A stretch of DNA of 64,000 nucleotides from contig OX597822.1 in assembly GCA_951406725.2 (NCBI GenBank), forward strand, positions 93,930,001 through 93,994,000. Reading direction: 5' to 3'. The notes below the pieces were generated by a model. That model was not told where the DNA came from. It searched no databases and worked only from the letters and a program-made list of their open reading frames with translations. Source of the DNA: Octopus vulgaris. Its lineage: Eukaryota. The stretch's first letter is position 1. Every line of letters starts with the position of its first letter. Of the stretch, positions 37,285 to 51,765 are shown piece after piece. The translations under genes and the position numbers were made by a program.

Positions 37285-38308
37285 CGAATAATTGTCACAT
37301 ATTACATTTACAGATAAATTCCTCTATTTACATAATATCAAGGTCTTTTTCATTCTTTTGTTGTCATACCATTTCTATCAATATATATATAAAATACAAA
37401 ATGGGACAAGAATGCAAAACATCCGGACAACTAGGTGATACAAAAAGGGGACAACAAAACATCCAGATAGACGATACAAAAAAACAAGGGTGGGTCATTC
37501 GAAGCCTTTTATCCTCAGTCAAGAACCGATCATCCTCGCAATTTCGGCTGATTAATGTATATATAATGTATACACACACGCGCGCGCGCGTGCGCATATA
37601 TATGGGGAGAGAGAGAAGGAGAGGAAGAGGCATAATAAGTAGATTACGCAGTACTGTGGCATGTAACGCAGCGCCAACGACCAGCCCAACTGAAGCAGCC
37701 ATGGAAAAAAAAGAAGAACGTGAAGAAGAAGTTGGTCCAGGTAGAGGTGGCGACCGAGATATATAATATCCACATTTCAGTCTTTTTCGACCATTACGTC
37801 CACATTAAGTCTCTGTATACCATTCCCCGCTCTTTTCGGTATTCTCTTTTCTATCAACGTGCCGCCATACTACTATCCTATTTCTCTCATCACATCACCT
37901 GTGAAGCAAGGTATGATATTGCATTAGATCTCTTCATATTCACCTTTTCTTTCCCATCTCTTATTACTGAAATATAAATGTTTATATTCTTGAATGTTAT
38001 AAAGCGTAGAATTAGATTATTATCCTGCTTCAGCTACAGTGTTGCTGTCAGGATTTGAAGAATACGGCAAATTTCACACCCACTTTATTTTGTAATTTGA
38101 GGGGATTTTTGAAAAACAAGGGAGAATTCGCGGCGGTGTTCAGTGAACAAATTAAAATACACTGCCCGGCAGTAGCTAAAACGCGGAATGATCAAGTTTA
38201 TGTATAGATTTTCTTTTTAAATGTTTGTTTTTACACAATATTAAAACAACGGTTAAAAATTTTCTGAAGCAGCACCCCTACTAATTTTATCTACGAGCCA
38301 CCACTGCA

Positions 38309-39005
38309 GATAACAAATACAGGTTGTGCAAAACTGAAATTGAAGATACGAATTACATTATTGCATGCCCGTCGCTAAGCGGGTGCACTAGATGGTACTG
38401 GCCCCTCACTATCCAATAATCCACCCTCAGATTTATTCCACTTTAGTGACTTCACTTCAGCATTATTACAAATTAGTGCCCACCCAGAATATTCTGAAGC
38501 ACTGCCAGGCACCAAAGTCTGGCGACGGGCCTGCATTGTTACCGACCACAAAAGAATACTTTCTAGATATTATCTTCCCATGAAGCATGATGCAGTGGCT
38601 AGAACAATCTATAACAGGATAAGAAAAAAGAAAACAGCAACAAACGAAGTTGTCTATATTGAGAGCAATGGGTCAAAAGAATATTATTGTGTAGGTCACA
38701 AGGAAAAATATGCTCTGTTGTTGAAACCAGCGGCCTTCTTGACACCAATGTGGTCAGAAGAGTACAGGAGAAAGAAAACGTCTATGGACCATTGATAAGG
38801 AGTTTGCAAATCCAGTATCTAAGATATACTTTCAGTTTTTTGCCCATTTTTATTGGAACAATAGGATACGTACCAACCCGCCCGAAGCAGAGTATAGCTG
38901 AAATTTAGGTTCTTGGGGATAGAATGCAGCTCCTTAATTCATACGCTATATACGACCTCAATATCTAGGGACATTAAAAATCTGCAAGACATTCTTCAGG
39001 AGTGG
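38309..39005 (+). pseudogene. R2/R4-superfamily (RLE) retrotransposon C-terminal remnant
   Basis: DNKYRLCKTEIED..II.ACP (CCHC relic), KHDAVARTI, ICSVVE....D.N....QEKE..YGPL..PIFIGTIGYVP. Confidence 0.7.
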
Positions 39006-39187
39006 TGAACAAGAAAAAACATCTTGTTCTTTCACAACGTTCACAACTAGTTACTAAGCAAGTGGTTGGTCAAAATTAACCATAAATTGATAAAAGAAAA
39101 AGAAAATATACATATTGTTATACTTGGGGATGGTCATATTTTACCAACTAAACACACGCACTGAATCTTGCAAATCAATTACAGAAA

Positions 39188-39587
39188 CTCTTTTACTCTT
39201 TTACTTGTTTCAGTCATTTGACTGTGGCCATGCTGGAATACCGCCTTTAGTCGAAAAAATCGACCCCAGGACTTATTCTTTGTAAACCTAGTACTTATTC
39301 TATCAGTCTCTTTTGCCGAACCGCTAAGTTACGGGGACGTAAACACACCAGCATCGGTTGTTGAGGGGACAAACAGACGTACAAACATATATACACACAC
39401 ACTTATACACATATATATACATATATAAGACGGGCTTCTTTCAGTTTCTGTCTACCAAATCCACTCACAAGGCTTTAGTTGGCCCGAGGCTATAGTAGAA
39501 GACACTTGCCCAAGGTGCCACGCAGTGGGACTGAACCCGGAGCCATGTGGTTGGGAAGCAAGCTACTTACCACACAGCCACTCCTAC
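39188..39587 (-). mobile_element. CORE-like tRNA SINE, near full length
   Basis: Reverse complement of the 42322-42740 family. Confidence 0.88.
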
Positions 39588-39638
39588 GTAAAAATATACA
39601 TACATACAAGTGTGCATGCATACATACATAAATATATA

Positions 39639-41015
39639 CAATGTGGTATTAAAAAGTCCCTGTACTTGTTACGTTTAATAAAAAAATAACTTGTTTACCT
39701 AAGTTTATTACATCATCTTTTTCGAAATAGTCACCTTGCGCAGTAATACACCGGTCCCAGCGTTCATGCTACTTTTGGAATCCGGCCGGGAAGTCGTTTT
39801 CCATAAGCGAGTAGAGGACCTTCTGCGATACGCTCTGTATCTCGACAAAGGTGTTAAAACGGTGATCTTTAAGTTGCAGCTTTTAGGGAAGAGATGGAAG
39901 TCCACAGGTACTAAATCTGGCGAATAGGGCGGATGCGGAAGCGAACCCTTTTTGCTTTCGGCGAGAACTCACGAATGAAGAGAGCTCGGTGACAGGGTAC
40001 ATTGTCGTCGTGAAAAATCCAATTCTTCGCGCTCTCCAGATCCAGTCGCTTTCGCCGAATGTCCTCCCTCAAACGCTTCGCAACGTCACAGTAGAGCTCT
40101 CGATTGACGGTCTGGCCCTAAGGGACGAATTCTCAATGCACAATACCGCGGATGTCAAAAAAAAAAAAAGAAAAAACGACGAGCATGCTCTTGATTGAGC
40201 TGCGCCTCTGTCGTGCCTTCTTCGGTCGTGGAGATGAAGAGCTCTTCCATTGTGACGACTACTGCTTCGTCTCAGTCCCCTCCGTGTTGGCCCCTTGTGG
40301 GCAATAAAAGAAAAAATCTGCTGCTTCGTCTCAATGTCGAGCCTGTAGACCCAACTCTCATCACCGGTTTTGATCCTCGATATGAAGGATGGGTCATCAG
40401 CGGCACGCTGACGGAGATCTTGACAGACTTCGACTCAACGTTCTTTCTGCTCAGTGGTCAACAGGCGGGGGAAAAAACTTGGCGGAAACACACTGCATGT
40501 TCTAGGATCGATGATGTACAGTCCCATGCGACAGACCATCAACATCAGCAATGTCAATGATTGTCCTCCGACGATCCTCATGCGCAAACTGATGCATTTT
40601 CACCACATTTCCGGGGGTTCCAGAGGGGGGTGACGCTCGTGGCAGGCCTTCCAGATCGCTCGTCGTCTTCCAGGGACGTTCTTCCGCTTTCGAAGCGCCC
40701 GTGCCACTCGAAACATTGTGTACAACCCATTGCCTCGTCGCCGTACGCTTCTCGAAGCTTATTCAATATCTCTGCAGCAGACTTCCCAAGTTTAACACAA
40801 AATTTCACGCTGCTCTCAGGAAGTTCCAACTTCCTGTCCTTGACAAAAATCGCACATTTCAGTATACACGTGATAACAAAAACACAAATTTCACAACTTG
40901 GGAAGTAGGCGCAGTGACGTCACTCATTACACTGCCTCGTGAAGGTCACTGCTTCTCACTGTGCACGCAACTGACTGCTGCCATCTGTTGGTGCACTACA
41001 GAACTAGTCCAGGAA
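39639..41015 (-). mobile_element. Degraded mariner transposon
   Basis: ORF 40578..40829 VKFCVKLGKSAAE..AYGDEAM..FEWHGRF..EDDERSGRP. Partial inverted ends gtccctgtacttgtt / aactagtccaggaac. Confidence 0.85.
40275..40320 (+). mobile_element. 46-bp L1/Tx1-type 3' tail insertion
   Basis: gtcccctccgtgttggccccttgtgggcaataaaagaaaaaat, with 13-bp TSD CTGCTTCGTCTCA at 40262-40274 and 40321-40333. Confidence 0.85.
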
Positions 41016-41060
41016 CATACATACATACATACATACATACACACACACACATACATACAT

Positions 41061-41095
<35 letters not shown>

Positions 41096-41132
41096 TACAT
41101 ACATACATACATACATACACACACACATACAT

Positions 41133-41193
<61 letters not shown>

Positions 41194-41250
41194 TACATAC
41201 ACACACACACACACATACATACATACATACATACATACACACACACACAT

Positions 41251-41283
<33 letters not shown>

Positions 41284-41292
41284 TACATACAT

Positions 41293-41325
<33 letters not shown>

Positions 41326-41465
41326 TACATACACACACACACACACATACACACATACATACACACACACACACACATACATACACACACACACACATAC
41401 ATACACACACACACACACATACATACACACACACACACACATACATACATACATACATACATACA
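41016..41465. repeat. (CATA)n/(CA)n compound microsatellite
   Basis: Seen directly. Confidence 0.97.
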
Positions 41466-42321
41466 TGAATTCGTTAACCCCGCTTTCAAACCGGTGTTGT
41501 TTACGTCTTATATTCGACATATAGAGACCGATGAAATAATTGTCAATTTGAAAACAGCTATTTGAACAATATTATCGACTTTTTTTGCGTGCCACGAGAC
41601 TATACGGTCCCGTGTATCTTCTGCTTGATAAACTCAGCTAGTTATAATTAGATATGCATTGTAACAATGTCTAAAAAGGAATCGCCAATTTTATGCTCAC
41701 CGAAGCAGAAGTATCTTGACATTAAATATTCTTTCTTAATCCAAATAAATTTATAAAACAATATAGCATCAAAAAATGTAATATAATAAAAGTTATAATT
41801 TAATATAATATATATATGATATATGTTCCTTTATTACCCACAAGGGGCTAAACATAGAGGGGACAAACAAGGACAGACAAACGAATTAAGTGCGTAACTG
41901 GTACTTATTTTATCGACCCCGAATGGATGAAAGGCAAAGTCGACCTCGGCGGAATTTGAACTCAGAACGTAACGGCAGACGAAATACGGCTAGGCATTTC
42001 GCCCGGCGTGCTGACGGTTCTGCCAGCTCGCTGCCTTTTTTTATATATAATATAAACAATATGATACGTTCATATATACAAGTAATTATTTGATCGGGCG
42101 GGAAAAAAAGTACCAGTCATGTACGGAGGTCGATGGTGTCGCTACTCCACTTCCCTCAAATTTGCCGGGCATATGCCTAAAAAGTGTGTGTATATATACA
42201 CATTAATGTCGTATAAAGATATCTATATGTATAAAATTGTTTAACATATTAGCGTGTGTGTGCGTGTCTGTCTGTGTGTCTGTGTGTGTGTGTACGCATA
42301 CACATATATTTATTTATTTGT

Positions 42322-42482
42322 TGGCTGTGTGGTAAGTAGCTTGCTAGCCAACCACATGGTTCCGGGTTCAGTCCCACTGCGTGGCATCTTGGGCAAGTGT
42401 CTTCTGCTATAGCCCCGGGCCGACCAATGCCTTGTGAGTGGATTTGGTAGACGGAAACTGAAAGAAGCCTGTCGTATATATG

Positions 42483-42517
<35 letters not shown>

Positions 42518-42740
42518 TTGTATGTCTGTGTTTGTCCCCCTAGCATTGCTTGACAACCGATGCTGGTGTGTTTACGTCCCCGTCACTTAGCGGTTCGGCA
42601 AAAAAAAGAGAACGATAGAATAAGTACTGGGCTTAGAAAAAGAATAAGTCCCGGGGTCGATTTGCTCGACTAAAGGGCGGTGCTCCAGCATGGCCGCAGT
42701 CAAATGACTGAAACAAGTAAAAAGAATAAAAGAATAAAAG
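42322..42740 (+). mobile_element. CORE-like tRNA SINE with internal (TA)/(TG) microsatellite
   Basis: tggctgtgtggtaag..gggttcagtccc..cttgggcaagtgtc..., tail (taaaagaa)n. Further copies near 21805, 45960, 47025, 48300, 49158, 50425, 53335, 57560, 61810 and 63480. Confidence 0.88.
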
Positions 42741-43282
42741 AAAGAATATTATAATATAATACTTTCCCCCCCCCCGTCTCCATTCATGATTATCAGCAGT
42801 GACAACAACTGCTACCTCCCCTTCACTCCCTCTTCACCTACGTCACCATTATCGTTCCCCCTCCCTCAGCCTACTCCTCTTGTACCTCCTCTTGCAATCA
42901 TTCTCTCATCATAACGTTACTAGCTGTTCGCCGATATACATGTCTAATGCGCTTCTTGCGCCAACTCACAACATTTGTACTTTTATTCGGATCATCATTA
43001 CTTTCAAAACAGAATGCAACTATACGGACATACACAATTTAACGATATAAATATAAAAACTCTATGTTTTCTTAATTTGAACTGATCTTTTTATAATTCC
43101 TGCTTTTTCTTACTGGGTTTATACCATTACGCTCCCCGGATACTTTCACGTAAGTAAACTTTTAAATTATATAAACAAATGTGTTGGTATGATTGCAATG
43201 ATCCGTCACAATGGAGATATCGTCAATAAATCATAAATCCGAAAGAGAAGCACACTCTAAGTTATAGAACAGTAGAGTTTTG

Positions 43283-43500
43283 GGATCTTTTTCCTTTTGA
43301 AGGCCAGATTTCAACACAATTTCTAGTTAACTAAACACTTTAAAACTTCGTATACTGGTAGAATGTGGCAAAAGAAAACATTATTTTCACTTGGCTTTCT
43401 TGATAAATTTGTAATTCGTTTGTTTAACGTAGTTTAATTTTTCGAATTTTAACCAATCCTATGCTCTCTTTTGAGCTAAAATCATTTGCTCTTTTTTAGA
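43283..43500. mobile_element. Old diverged relative of the Merlin-like MITE
   Basis: ggatctttttccttttgaaggccagatt..taaaacttcgtatactggtagaatgtg matches one arm of the MITE. Confidence 0.65.
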
Positions 43501-44116
43501 TAAAAAATAGTTGTGGCCGGTCTATGAGGGTTGCTCTCGGTTGCGTGTCCATAAAGCGCTTAGCTGTAGAGTTAAGCGCTTTATGGACGATGATTTTCAA
43601 ATATGTGTATACCTTTTATATATCTACACACACATACACAATCAGTTGTCCGTAAGTCAGCAAAGCATACGATATCTGAGCGCACGTATTTTTATTTATA
43701 TTGTCATGCAATATGCGTGCGCGTGTGTTTATCTTATATAATATCGTAGCGTACCATATACTTCCTAAAATATAATATAATATATACATGTGGCGAAATG
43801 TATCATTAATAGATTTATGTTGGTAAATTCTCATTTCTCATACCCTCTGTTCGATTTCCAGTTACATTTAATAAAACCGGTACGAGGGTAGATCGTGGAA
43901 TCTCCCTACCTACCTATAATTCCATCACACATCGGTTCATGCTGCATCAATCCGAAGAATACATATAAGCTACAAGTGTCTCTAAAGCACTCATCTATTA
44001 CACTTATGATGCAATCAGTAGCAATTCTACATATCGAACATCTAGAATATTTGTTATTCATACAATTTTGTTTTAATATATGAAACCCGTGTATATATAT
44101 TATATATATATATACA

Positions 44117-44452
44117 AGTGAAGGCGCATGGCTCAGTGGTTAGAGCGTCGAGCTTACGATCGTGAGGTTGTGAGCTCGAATCCCGGACGGGGCTGCGTGT
44201 TGTGTTCTTGAGCAAGGCACTTTATTTCACGTTGCTCCAGTTCACTCAGCTGTAGAAATGAGTTGCGACGTCACAGGTGCCAAGCTGTATCGGCCCTTGC
44301 CTTTCCCTTGGACAACATCGGTGACGTGGAGAGGGGAGGCCGGTATGCATGGGCGACTGCTGGTCTTCCATAAAACAACCTTGCCCAGACTTGTGCCTCA
44401 GAGGGTATCTCTCTAGGTGCAAACCCATGGTCAGTGCCTGACCGAAGGGTGT
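44117..44452 (+). mobile_element. tRNA-derived SINE between (TA)n tracts
   Basis: A-box tggctcagtgg, B-box-like gagctcgaatcc, then cttgagcaaggcacttt..cactcagctgtagaaatgag. Diverged copies at 62265-62530 and 30375-30500. Confidence 0.85.
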
Positions 44453-44488
<36 letters not shown>

Positions 44489-46083
44489 GGTGCGACAGTA
44501 ATGTTTTTAATAATAATATTCTTTTAAAAACAAATTTCTCCTCGATATTATTTTTCATTGTCATTTATAATTCAATTCCACTTTTCCAGTAATATAATTT
44601 ATTTGTATATAGGTACATGTAATCCTGCATATTCGTTCTTATTGATTACGAGACGTATTTGTATTCGTGTATGCGCCTATTAAACCCTCGGTTCCTCATC
44701 CCTGATCTGTCAAACCTTATAATCTAACACATTCAGCTGTGGTTATTTATCTACACGTGTATTCCTGCTAGAACCGAATAGGTGCTTCCTTTTTCCTTTT
44801 TTTTTTTTTTCATTTGAAAGAAATTTGGTTGCTATTTCTAGCATACAGTCTCTTTCGGCAGCTGAATTACTTATGTATATGTGTGCATCTTGACATTTCT
44901 CTACTGCATATACTTCGTCTAAATATAAACATGCGTGTGTTTTTGTGTGTTTGAAAGAAATTGACAGGTAAATTACTAGAGAGAAAGGTGATCAAAGCTA
45001 TATATATATATGGGGAGGGAGCATTCTTTCGAGTAAAAATTAGTTTAATTTTATTTTTTATCCTCATCTTGTCTCTTTGTTTTCTCTCTGTGTTGATATA
45101 TGGACAATTAAGGTGGTTTTAGAGTCAGATCATGGCTGCTATTTTCAGCATGGTGGTATCTCGTAGATACCCTAATTTATAATTTTAATAATTATTACCT
45201 TTGAAGGTTATTTTTTTCCTTCCAAGCTGACCACTTGATAAAATCGTTGTTTTATTTTTAAATTAACTATCTTATCCTTATTTATATAAATACATATATA
45301 TATATATATATAATATAGCCAAATGGAATAATTTTGTGAGATATGTATATACAATAACCAAAGCTAGAATCGTTGTTTTTTATTCTTAAAATTGTCTGCA
45401 ATATTTACTGCAGTCAACCATCCCTCCATCTCCACCTTCATAATTATATCATCTCAACTCAATCGACCTATTTTACTCAACACGTGTTTTCGCCGCACGT
45501 TTTTAGTCGGTAGCTACTTGCGGTTTTATACTCTCTTCTCACTCTTACGTCATATTCCGTCTCCTCCTTCTCTCCCTCCCCTTCCTCTCCCATTTACTCA
45601 CTATTTCTTCTCTTTCCATTCTTCTCACAGCCACCTAGTCACTCTCTCTCTCTTTGATTACATACATTTTCTCTTTTGCTCTTCCTTTTCCCCCCTCTCC
45701 TATATTCTCTTATTCATTTCCATACCTCTACACTGGAAGCCGCTTTGTTTGTAATCACTAGGACGAGGTCTTTTAGTTAACAATAATCTGCTTTGTCAAT
45801 ATCTCATTAAGAGTATGTATGGCTGACTGTGTGTTTACGTGTGTATATATACATGTGTCTGTCTATGCACGTGTGCGTGTGTATAGACATATCTGTGTGT
45901 ACATATGTGTGTGTATACACATATCTGTGTGCGCGCGCGCATATCCATACCTACACGCACATCTTCTATCTAACTTGCTCCAGTCATTTAACTGCGGTCA
46001 TGTTGGAGCACCGCCCTGTATGGTTTAGTCGAACAAATCGGCCCCAGTACTTCTTTTTTTTTTTTAAGCTTGGTATCTCCTTG

Positions 46084-46497
46084 GGATCTTTTCGGTTTGA
46101 ACGGCAGTTTTTCTAGCGGTGTCATATGAAATTGTCACCCATAATTATGACTCTAGTATCGATCTATTATATTTCAATCTGTTTTAGGGTTAGGGGTGGG
46201 GGGAAGGGTATCTTTTTTTCTTCACAAATGTAAATAAACCCAATCTGTTTCTTAAACGAGGGACATATTCATACAGCCCACAATGTTTTTTTTTACCTCA
46301 ATAGACGTCAGTGATTGGATGAAATTGCAGAAATTAAAAAAAACAAAACAACAAATATCTTACAAACTATAGAATTTTCTCAATAAAACCAAGAGAAAAA
46401 GATGTTTTATAAACACATTCTACCAGTATACGAAGTTTAAAATTTTTTAGTTACCTAGAAATTATGTTAAAAACTGCCGTTCAAACCGAAAAGATCC
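46084..46497. mobile_element. Merlin-like telomeric-repeat MITE inside a SINE, with an adjacent deletion and no TSD
   Basis: Both TIRs present; the host SINE is missing its middle section. Confidence 0.88.
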
Positions 46498-47649
46498 GGC
46501 TTTGGTTGGCCCTGAGGCTATAGTAGAAGTAAAGGTGACATGTGGTGGGACTGAACCTAAAAACATGTGGTTGGGAAGCAAACTTATCACACAACCATAC
46601 ACACACACACACGTGTATGTGTGTGTGTGTGTGTATTTGTGTGCTGTAGTCCATCAGTTTATAAAGTAGATTAGTTCTACTATTCACCAATCAAATCGAA
46701 ATCTTTACCTTTTGAGTTCAAATTTTGCCAAGGTGGACTTTGCCTTTCATCCCTTTTGAGGGAGTGATAAAATAAGAGCCAGTTGAGCACTGCGATCAAT
46801 GTACTCGACTTCCCCCTCCCCTCAAAATCGCTGACCTTGTTCCAAAATCAGAAAGAATATTAATAAACACACACATATATATACGCACAAAGAATACTTA
46901 AACAATTGTTTTATCTTTTATCTAGAATAATAGAAATGTTACCCTTTACTTCTATAATATTGCTAAACATATCTATGATGTATGTTTTTAAACTTATTGA
47001 AAATCTATCGATTATTTTTAATCTTTTAGTTGTTTCAGAAATTAGACTAAGGCAATGCTGGGGATCTTTTAGTTAAATAAATCGACCCCAGTACTTATGT
47101 GTTTTTAAGTCTGGTACTTATTCTGTTGGTCTCTTATACTGAACTGCTAAGTTATGGGGATGTAAACAAACCAGCACCGGTTGTTAAGCAGTGATGGGGG
47201 GACAAACACAGACACATGTATACATGACAGGCTTCTTTCAGTTTCCATCTACCAAATCCACTAACAAGGCCCAAAGCTGTATTAGAAGACACTTGCCCAA
47301 AGGTGCCATGCAGTGGGACTGAACCTGGAACCATACGGTTGGGAAGCAAATATCTTACCACACATTCTTTTTCTTCTTCAATTGTTTTTAAAGTTCTGAT
47401 AGTTGTCTCATTTAAACTTGTTTCGCCATTCCTGTAGAATCTTGTTCCATTCTATCTTTGAAGCTGATTTGGTACATTAATTTTCATTTCAAAGACATTT
47501 GAAAAAATCTATTATGCTATCTAGATAATAATTGAGAAAATATTAAAAAAAACCCAACTCAAATAGCATAAGTATATATATATATATATATATATATAGT
47601 TGAACTCGAGCTTCAGAAATGAAATACATATATATATATATATAAGTAA

Positions 47650-48070
47650 TGATCTACATATGGAAAACCCTAGAAGAGCTAGTATCCAATTTTGGCATTG
47701 AATCTAATACAAATGCCAGAACTAGATGCCATTTAAATTCAGGACCAGGTACTGCATTAACCTGGGGTTCAAAGGCATACAAGCTCTTCAATGCCCTGCC
47801 ATAAAAATTAAGAATTCTACATAATGTTGACAAAGATGTCTTGAAAATGGAACTGGACATCCACCTCTCCACAATTCTGGATGAACCAATGGCCCAGCAT
47901 GAGGTACGGATGAGGGCAGCAGAATCAAATTCCCTCATACACCAAATGACCCAACATCTGGGACAAAGACACATACAGAAGTGATGATGTGAGACCCTTC
48001 CACCCTGAGGAAATTAGGGTTAGCAAAACCATTGTGGTGCCCACATGACTGCAGCTGCTTGGCTGAAATG
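47650..48070 (+). pseudogene. CR1-like LINE 3' fragment
   Basis: IYIWKTLEELVSNFG..LFNALP..MELD.HLSTILDEP..RAAESNSLIHQ. Confidence 0.7.
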
Positions 48071-49115
48071 AATAAAAGAATCCATTTCCATGGGTCAAAT
48101 GCTATTCCTATCACCAATCCTCACATATTTCCCAGTTAGGTAATGTTTTCCATTAACCAAACATGTTTCCATGTAAAACTGGAAATGAACAGTGTTTCTT
48201 GTACGATGGTGGCACTTGCTTGCAATTGTCATATGATATCAAGACAAAGTGGTACATGCACACTCATGCATACACATGTGCATACTTATACACATATATA
48301 TTATGACAGGCTTCTCTTAGTTTCCATTTATCAAATCCACTTACAAGGCTTTGGTTGACCGTAGGCTGTGGCAGAAAGCTTTTGCTATGTAGTGGAACTG
48401 AACCTGAAACCATGGGTTGCGAAGCAAACTTCTTAACTACATAGCCATGCCTGTGCCTGTGTATATAGAAACACACACATGCTTGCACGTGAATGTATAC
48501 AAGTGTATGTATTTGTGCACACAGCCACATACATACATGTATGTATGAACAGATGTGCATTGGTTCCACACAGTGTTGGCATTTAGAAAAGGAATGCAGC
48601 TGTAGAAACCAACCTAAAATGCACACCAATATGATCTGTCCAACCCATGCCTGAATGAAAAAGGTGGAACTGCCATTCTTAGTTACATTGACATCATAGT
48701 ACAGTGGATAGAAGAGAGGGTGACTAATCGAAGGTCACTTTTTCGTATTTTATTACATGAAAAGCAAGAAAATTATGGTTGAGCACTGACTTAATTGTAA
48801 GTTAAAGCTTCATATTTTAAGTAGCTTTAAGCACCTCAACACATGAAATTGAACATTAAAATAAATGCATATATGCAATTTCTTATATTTATTTATAGAT
48901 ATACCATATTTTCTGGCATATTTGTTACCTGTTGGCAACAAATATTAACAACTATTTTACCTGGCAGACTTATGCTCAATTGGTTTCCATGACCTCAATA
49001 CTCATTCTCCCACTTGTAATACTTCTCGATTAGATGCAAGGCAATTTTTGGATACATTTAAAAATGAAAAAAAGTGTCTTATATGCTGGCAAATATAGTT
49101 CATTCACAAGCATAT

Positions 49116-49162
<47 letters not shown>

Positions 49163-51177
49163 TTAGGGAGCTTGCTTCCTAGCTACATGGTTTCGGGTTC
49201 AGTCCCACTGCCTGGCACTTTGGTCAGGTGTCTTCCACTATAGCCCCGAGTCGACCGAAGCTTTGTGATTGAATTCGGTAGGTGGAAGTTACTGCCGTGT
49301 GTGTATATGTGCGTGTAGGTGCTCAGTGCCTCTCCGAAAGAGAGAGAGGGGATATCTTTCTATACATACACACACACACACACACACATACATGTATATT
49401 CTTCTTTCATAGGCAGCCTTCAACATTTTCTATCCAAAGGTTTTTTTAAACCAAATATTTACTTGCTATTATCTATAGCTTTATCTACTTCAAGTCCCTG
49501 CTGTACTCTTTCGCCACAACTTTCTCTCACTCTTTCTTCTGTTGGCCTGCTCGCTTAGCCAGCGGGGTAGCGTCATTTGAAGGCTAAAACAATGCGAAGC
49601 GCATTGTGACCAGTGATGCGTAGCAACATCTGATAGCCTGGTTGCTCATGATGATCACGGTGATATATATATATATTTACATAGGCGGCGAGCTGGCAGA
49701 CACGTTAGCGCGCCAGGCGAAATGCTTAGCGGTATTTCGTCTGTCGTTACGTTCTGAGTTCAAATTCCGCCAAGGTCGACTTTGCCTTTCATCCTTTCAG
49801 GGTCAATAAATAAAGTACCAGTTTCGTATTGGGGTCGATGCAATCGACTTAATCACTTTGTCTGTCCTTGTTTGTCCCCTCTATGTTTAGCCCCTTGTGG
49901 GCAATAAAGAAATAAGAATAAATAAAATATATTTATAGAATAAATGTGAATGCCTTTTTTTAAATTTGTATATACACCTTTATAATTATATGTATGATTT
50001 CCCACAGTCGATATTTGATTTGTTCAATTCACTGACAAGCCCGAAATATTTATTCCACGCTCACCAGTAAGTGCAAAATAACTAATGTCAACTATACAAA
50101 GCATTTTCCCTTTGAATAAGTAACCCAAATTTCTTAACTGCATAGTTGATCATACCGGATTTTGCACGTTTAAACCTGGTACAGGTGTGTCTGTGAAGTA
50201 GCTTTAAGTTTCCCATAGAAAGGATGCAACACAATCATGGTCATTTGAACATACTTATACAACCAAACTTTTACATGTGTATGTGTGTGAATATACTTAT
50301 ATATGTATATATACACTATATACACATAGAGGTATGTACCACGTGTATGTAGTACACATGTTGTATGATTACAATAAGTAACAAAATTTCAGAGGATAGA
50401 ATGAAATAAAATTTACCCAAATAGGTGTAGGAGTGGCTGTGTGGTAAGCAGCTTGCTTACCAACCACATGGTTCCCGGTTCAGTCCCACTGCGTGGCACC
50501 TTGGGCAAGTATCTTCTACTATAGCCTCGGGCCGACCAAAGCCTTGTGAGAAACTGAAAGAAGCCCATTGTATATATGTATGTATATATGCATTTGTGTC
50601 TGTGTTTGTTCCCCCAACATCGCATGACAACCGATGCTGGTGTGTTTATGTCCCCGTAAAGAGACCGATAGAATAAGTACTAGTCTTACAAAGAATAAGT
50701 CCTGGGGTCGATTTTCTCGACTAAAGGCGGTGCTCCAGCATGGCCACAGTCAAATGACTGAAACAAGTAAAAAAAGTAAAAGAGTAAATATTGTGGAGAT
50801 TTAAATAGAAAAAATTGATTACACTGATTGTTTAAGGAAGGGAAATATATATAATTTCCGTCCTTATTAACGGCTGTTTTTATTACTTTAGAGATATTAT
50901 AAGTGAGTTACTGCAAATAAAAAATAAAATATTTTCAATACATTTTACCTCTATATTTAGAACCAGCAAATACAGGAATAGCTACTGAACGGTTTTGTGT
51001 TTCTCATAGACAACTGTATGATTTAAAAAGAGATGTGTGAAACAGTTGAGAGAATGTTGTTGCTAACAGTCAACTGATAAACATCAGCTTTTGCCACAAA
51101 CAGTTGTTGTAATTTGAAAGGTTTTTTTTTCCCATACTGTACTTATATGATTGTAGGCATGTGTAGAAACATGTGTG

Positions 51178-51269
<92 letters not shown>

Positions 51270-51450
51270 AATAAGAAAATGGAGGGGATCAATAAGTGGT
51301 TCATCAACTTTTAGACATTATATTATGTTAACTTATTTCTTTATTTACTAAACTGACAATTACAAGAATGTACATACATGTATAACGTTATGCTTTACAT
51401 ATACGATATAAAATATATTAATATATAAAGATACCACTAATTATTACATA

Positions 51451-51517
<67 letters not shown>

Positions 51518-51569
51518 TATTTATATATGCATATTTATATATGCATATTTATATGCATATATGTATCAG

Positions 51570-51765
51570 GACGCCATGATAGATCGTTAGCTCCTACACG
51601 CATTTTTTTCTCTCCTTGTTTTTTTTCTGTGTATCTTTCTGTCGAAGAGCATAGGCTCGAAATGTAAAAGACTTTTTCTATTCCTGAGCGCTATACTAAT
51701 ACATTTATTTGTTTGTACTCCACCTGCCTTCGTCTTTTGTTTATTTTCGTAAACTTTCCCTTTTA
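51570..51765 (+). mobile_element. Penelope 3'-end fragment with hammerhead-like motif, in (TA)n
   Basis: Aligns by eye to 27528-27722. Confidence 0.85.

Noticed and set aside
40701-41524. Long H/T/Y/I and C/V/M ORFs (also at 21778-22225 and 51831-52515)
   Set aside because: They are translations of (CA)/(CATA)/(TA) microsatellites.
44117-44195. tRNA-like sequence
   Set aside because: It is a SINE head with no proper acceptor stem and runs into the SINE body. The same applies to 6690-6766.
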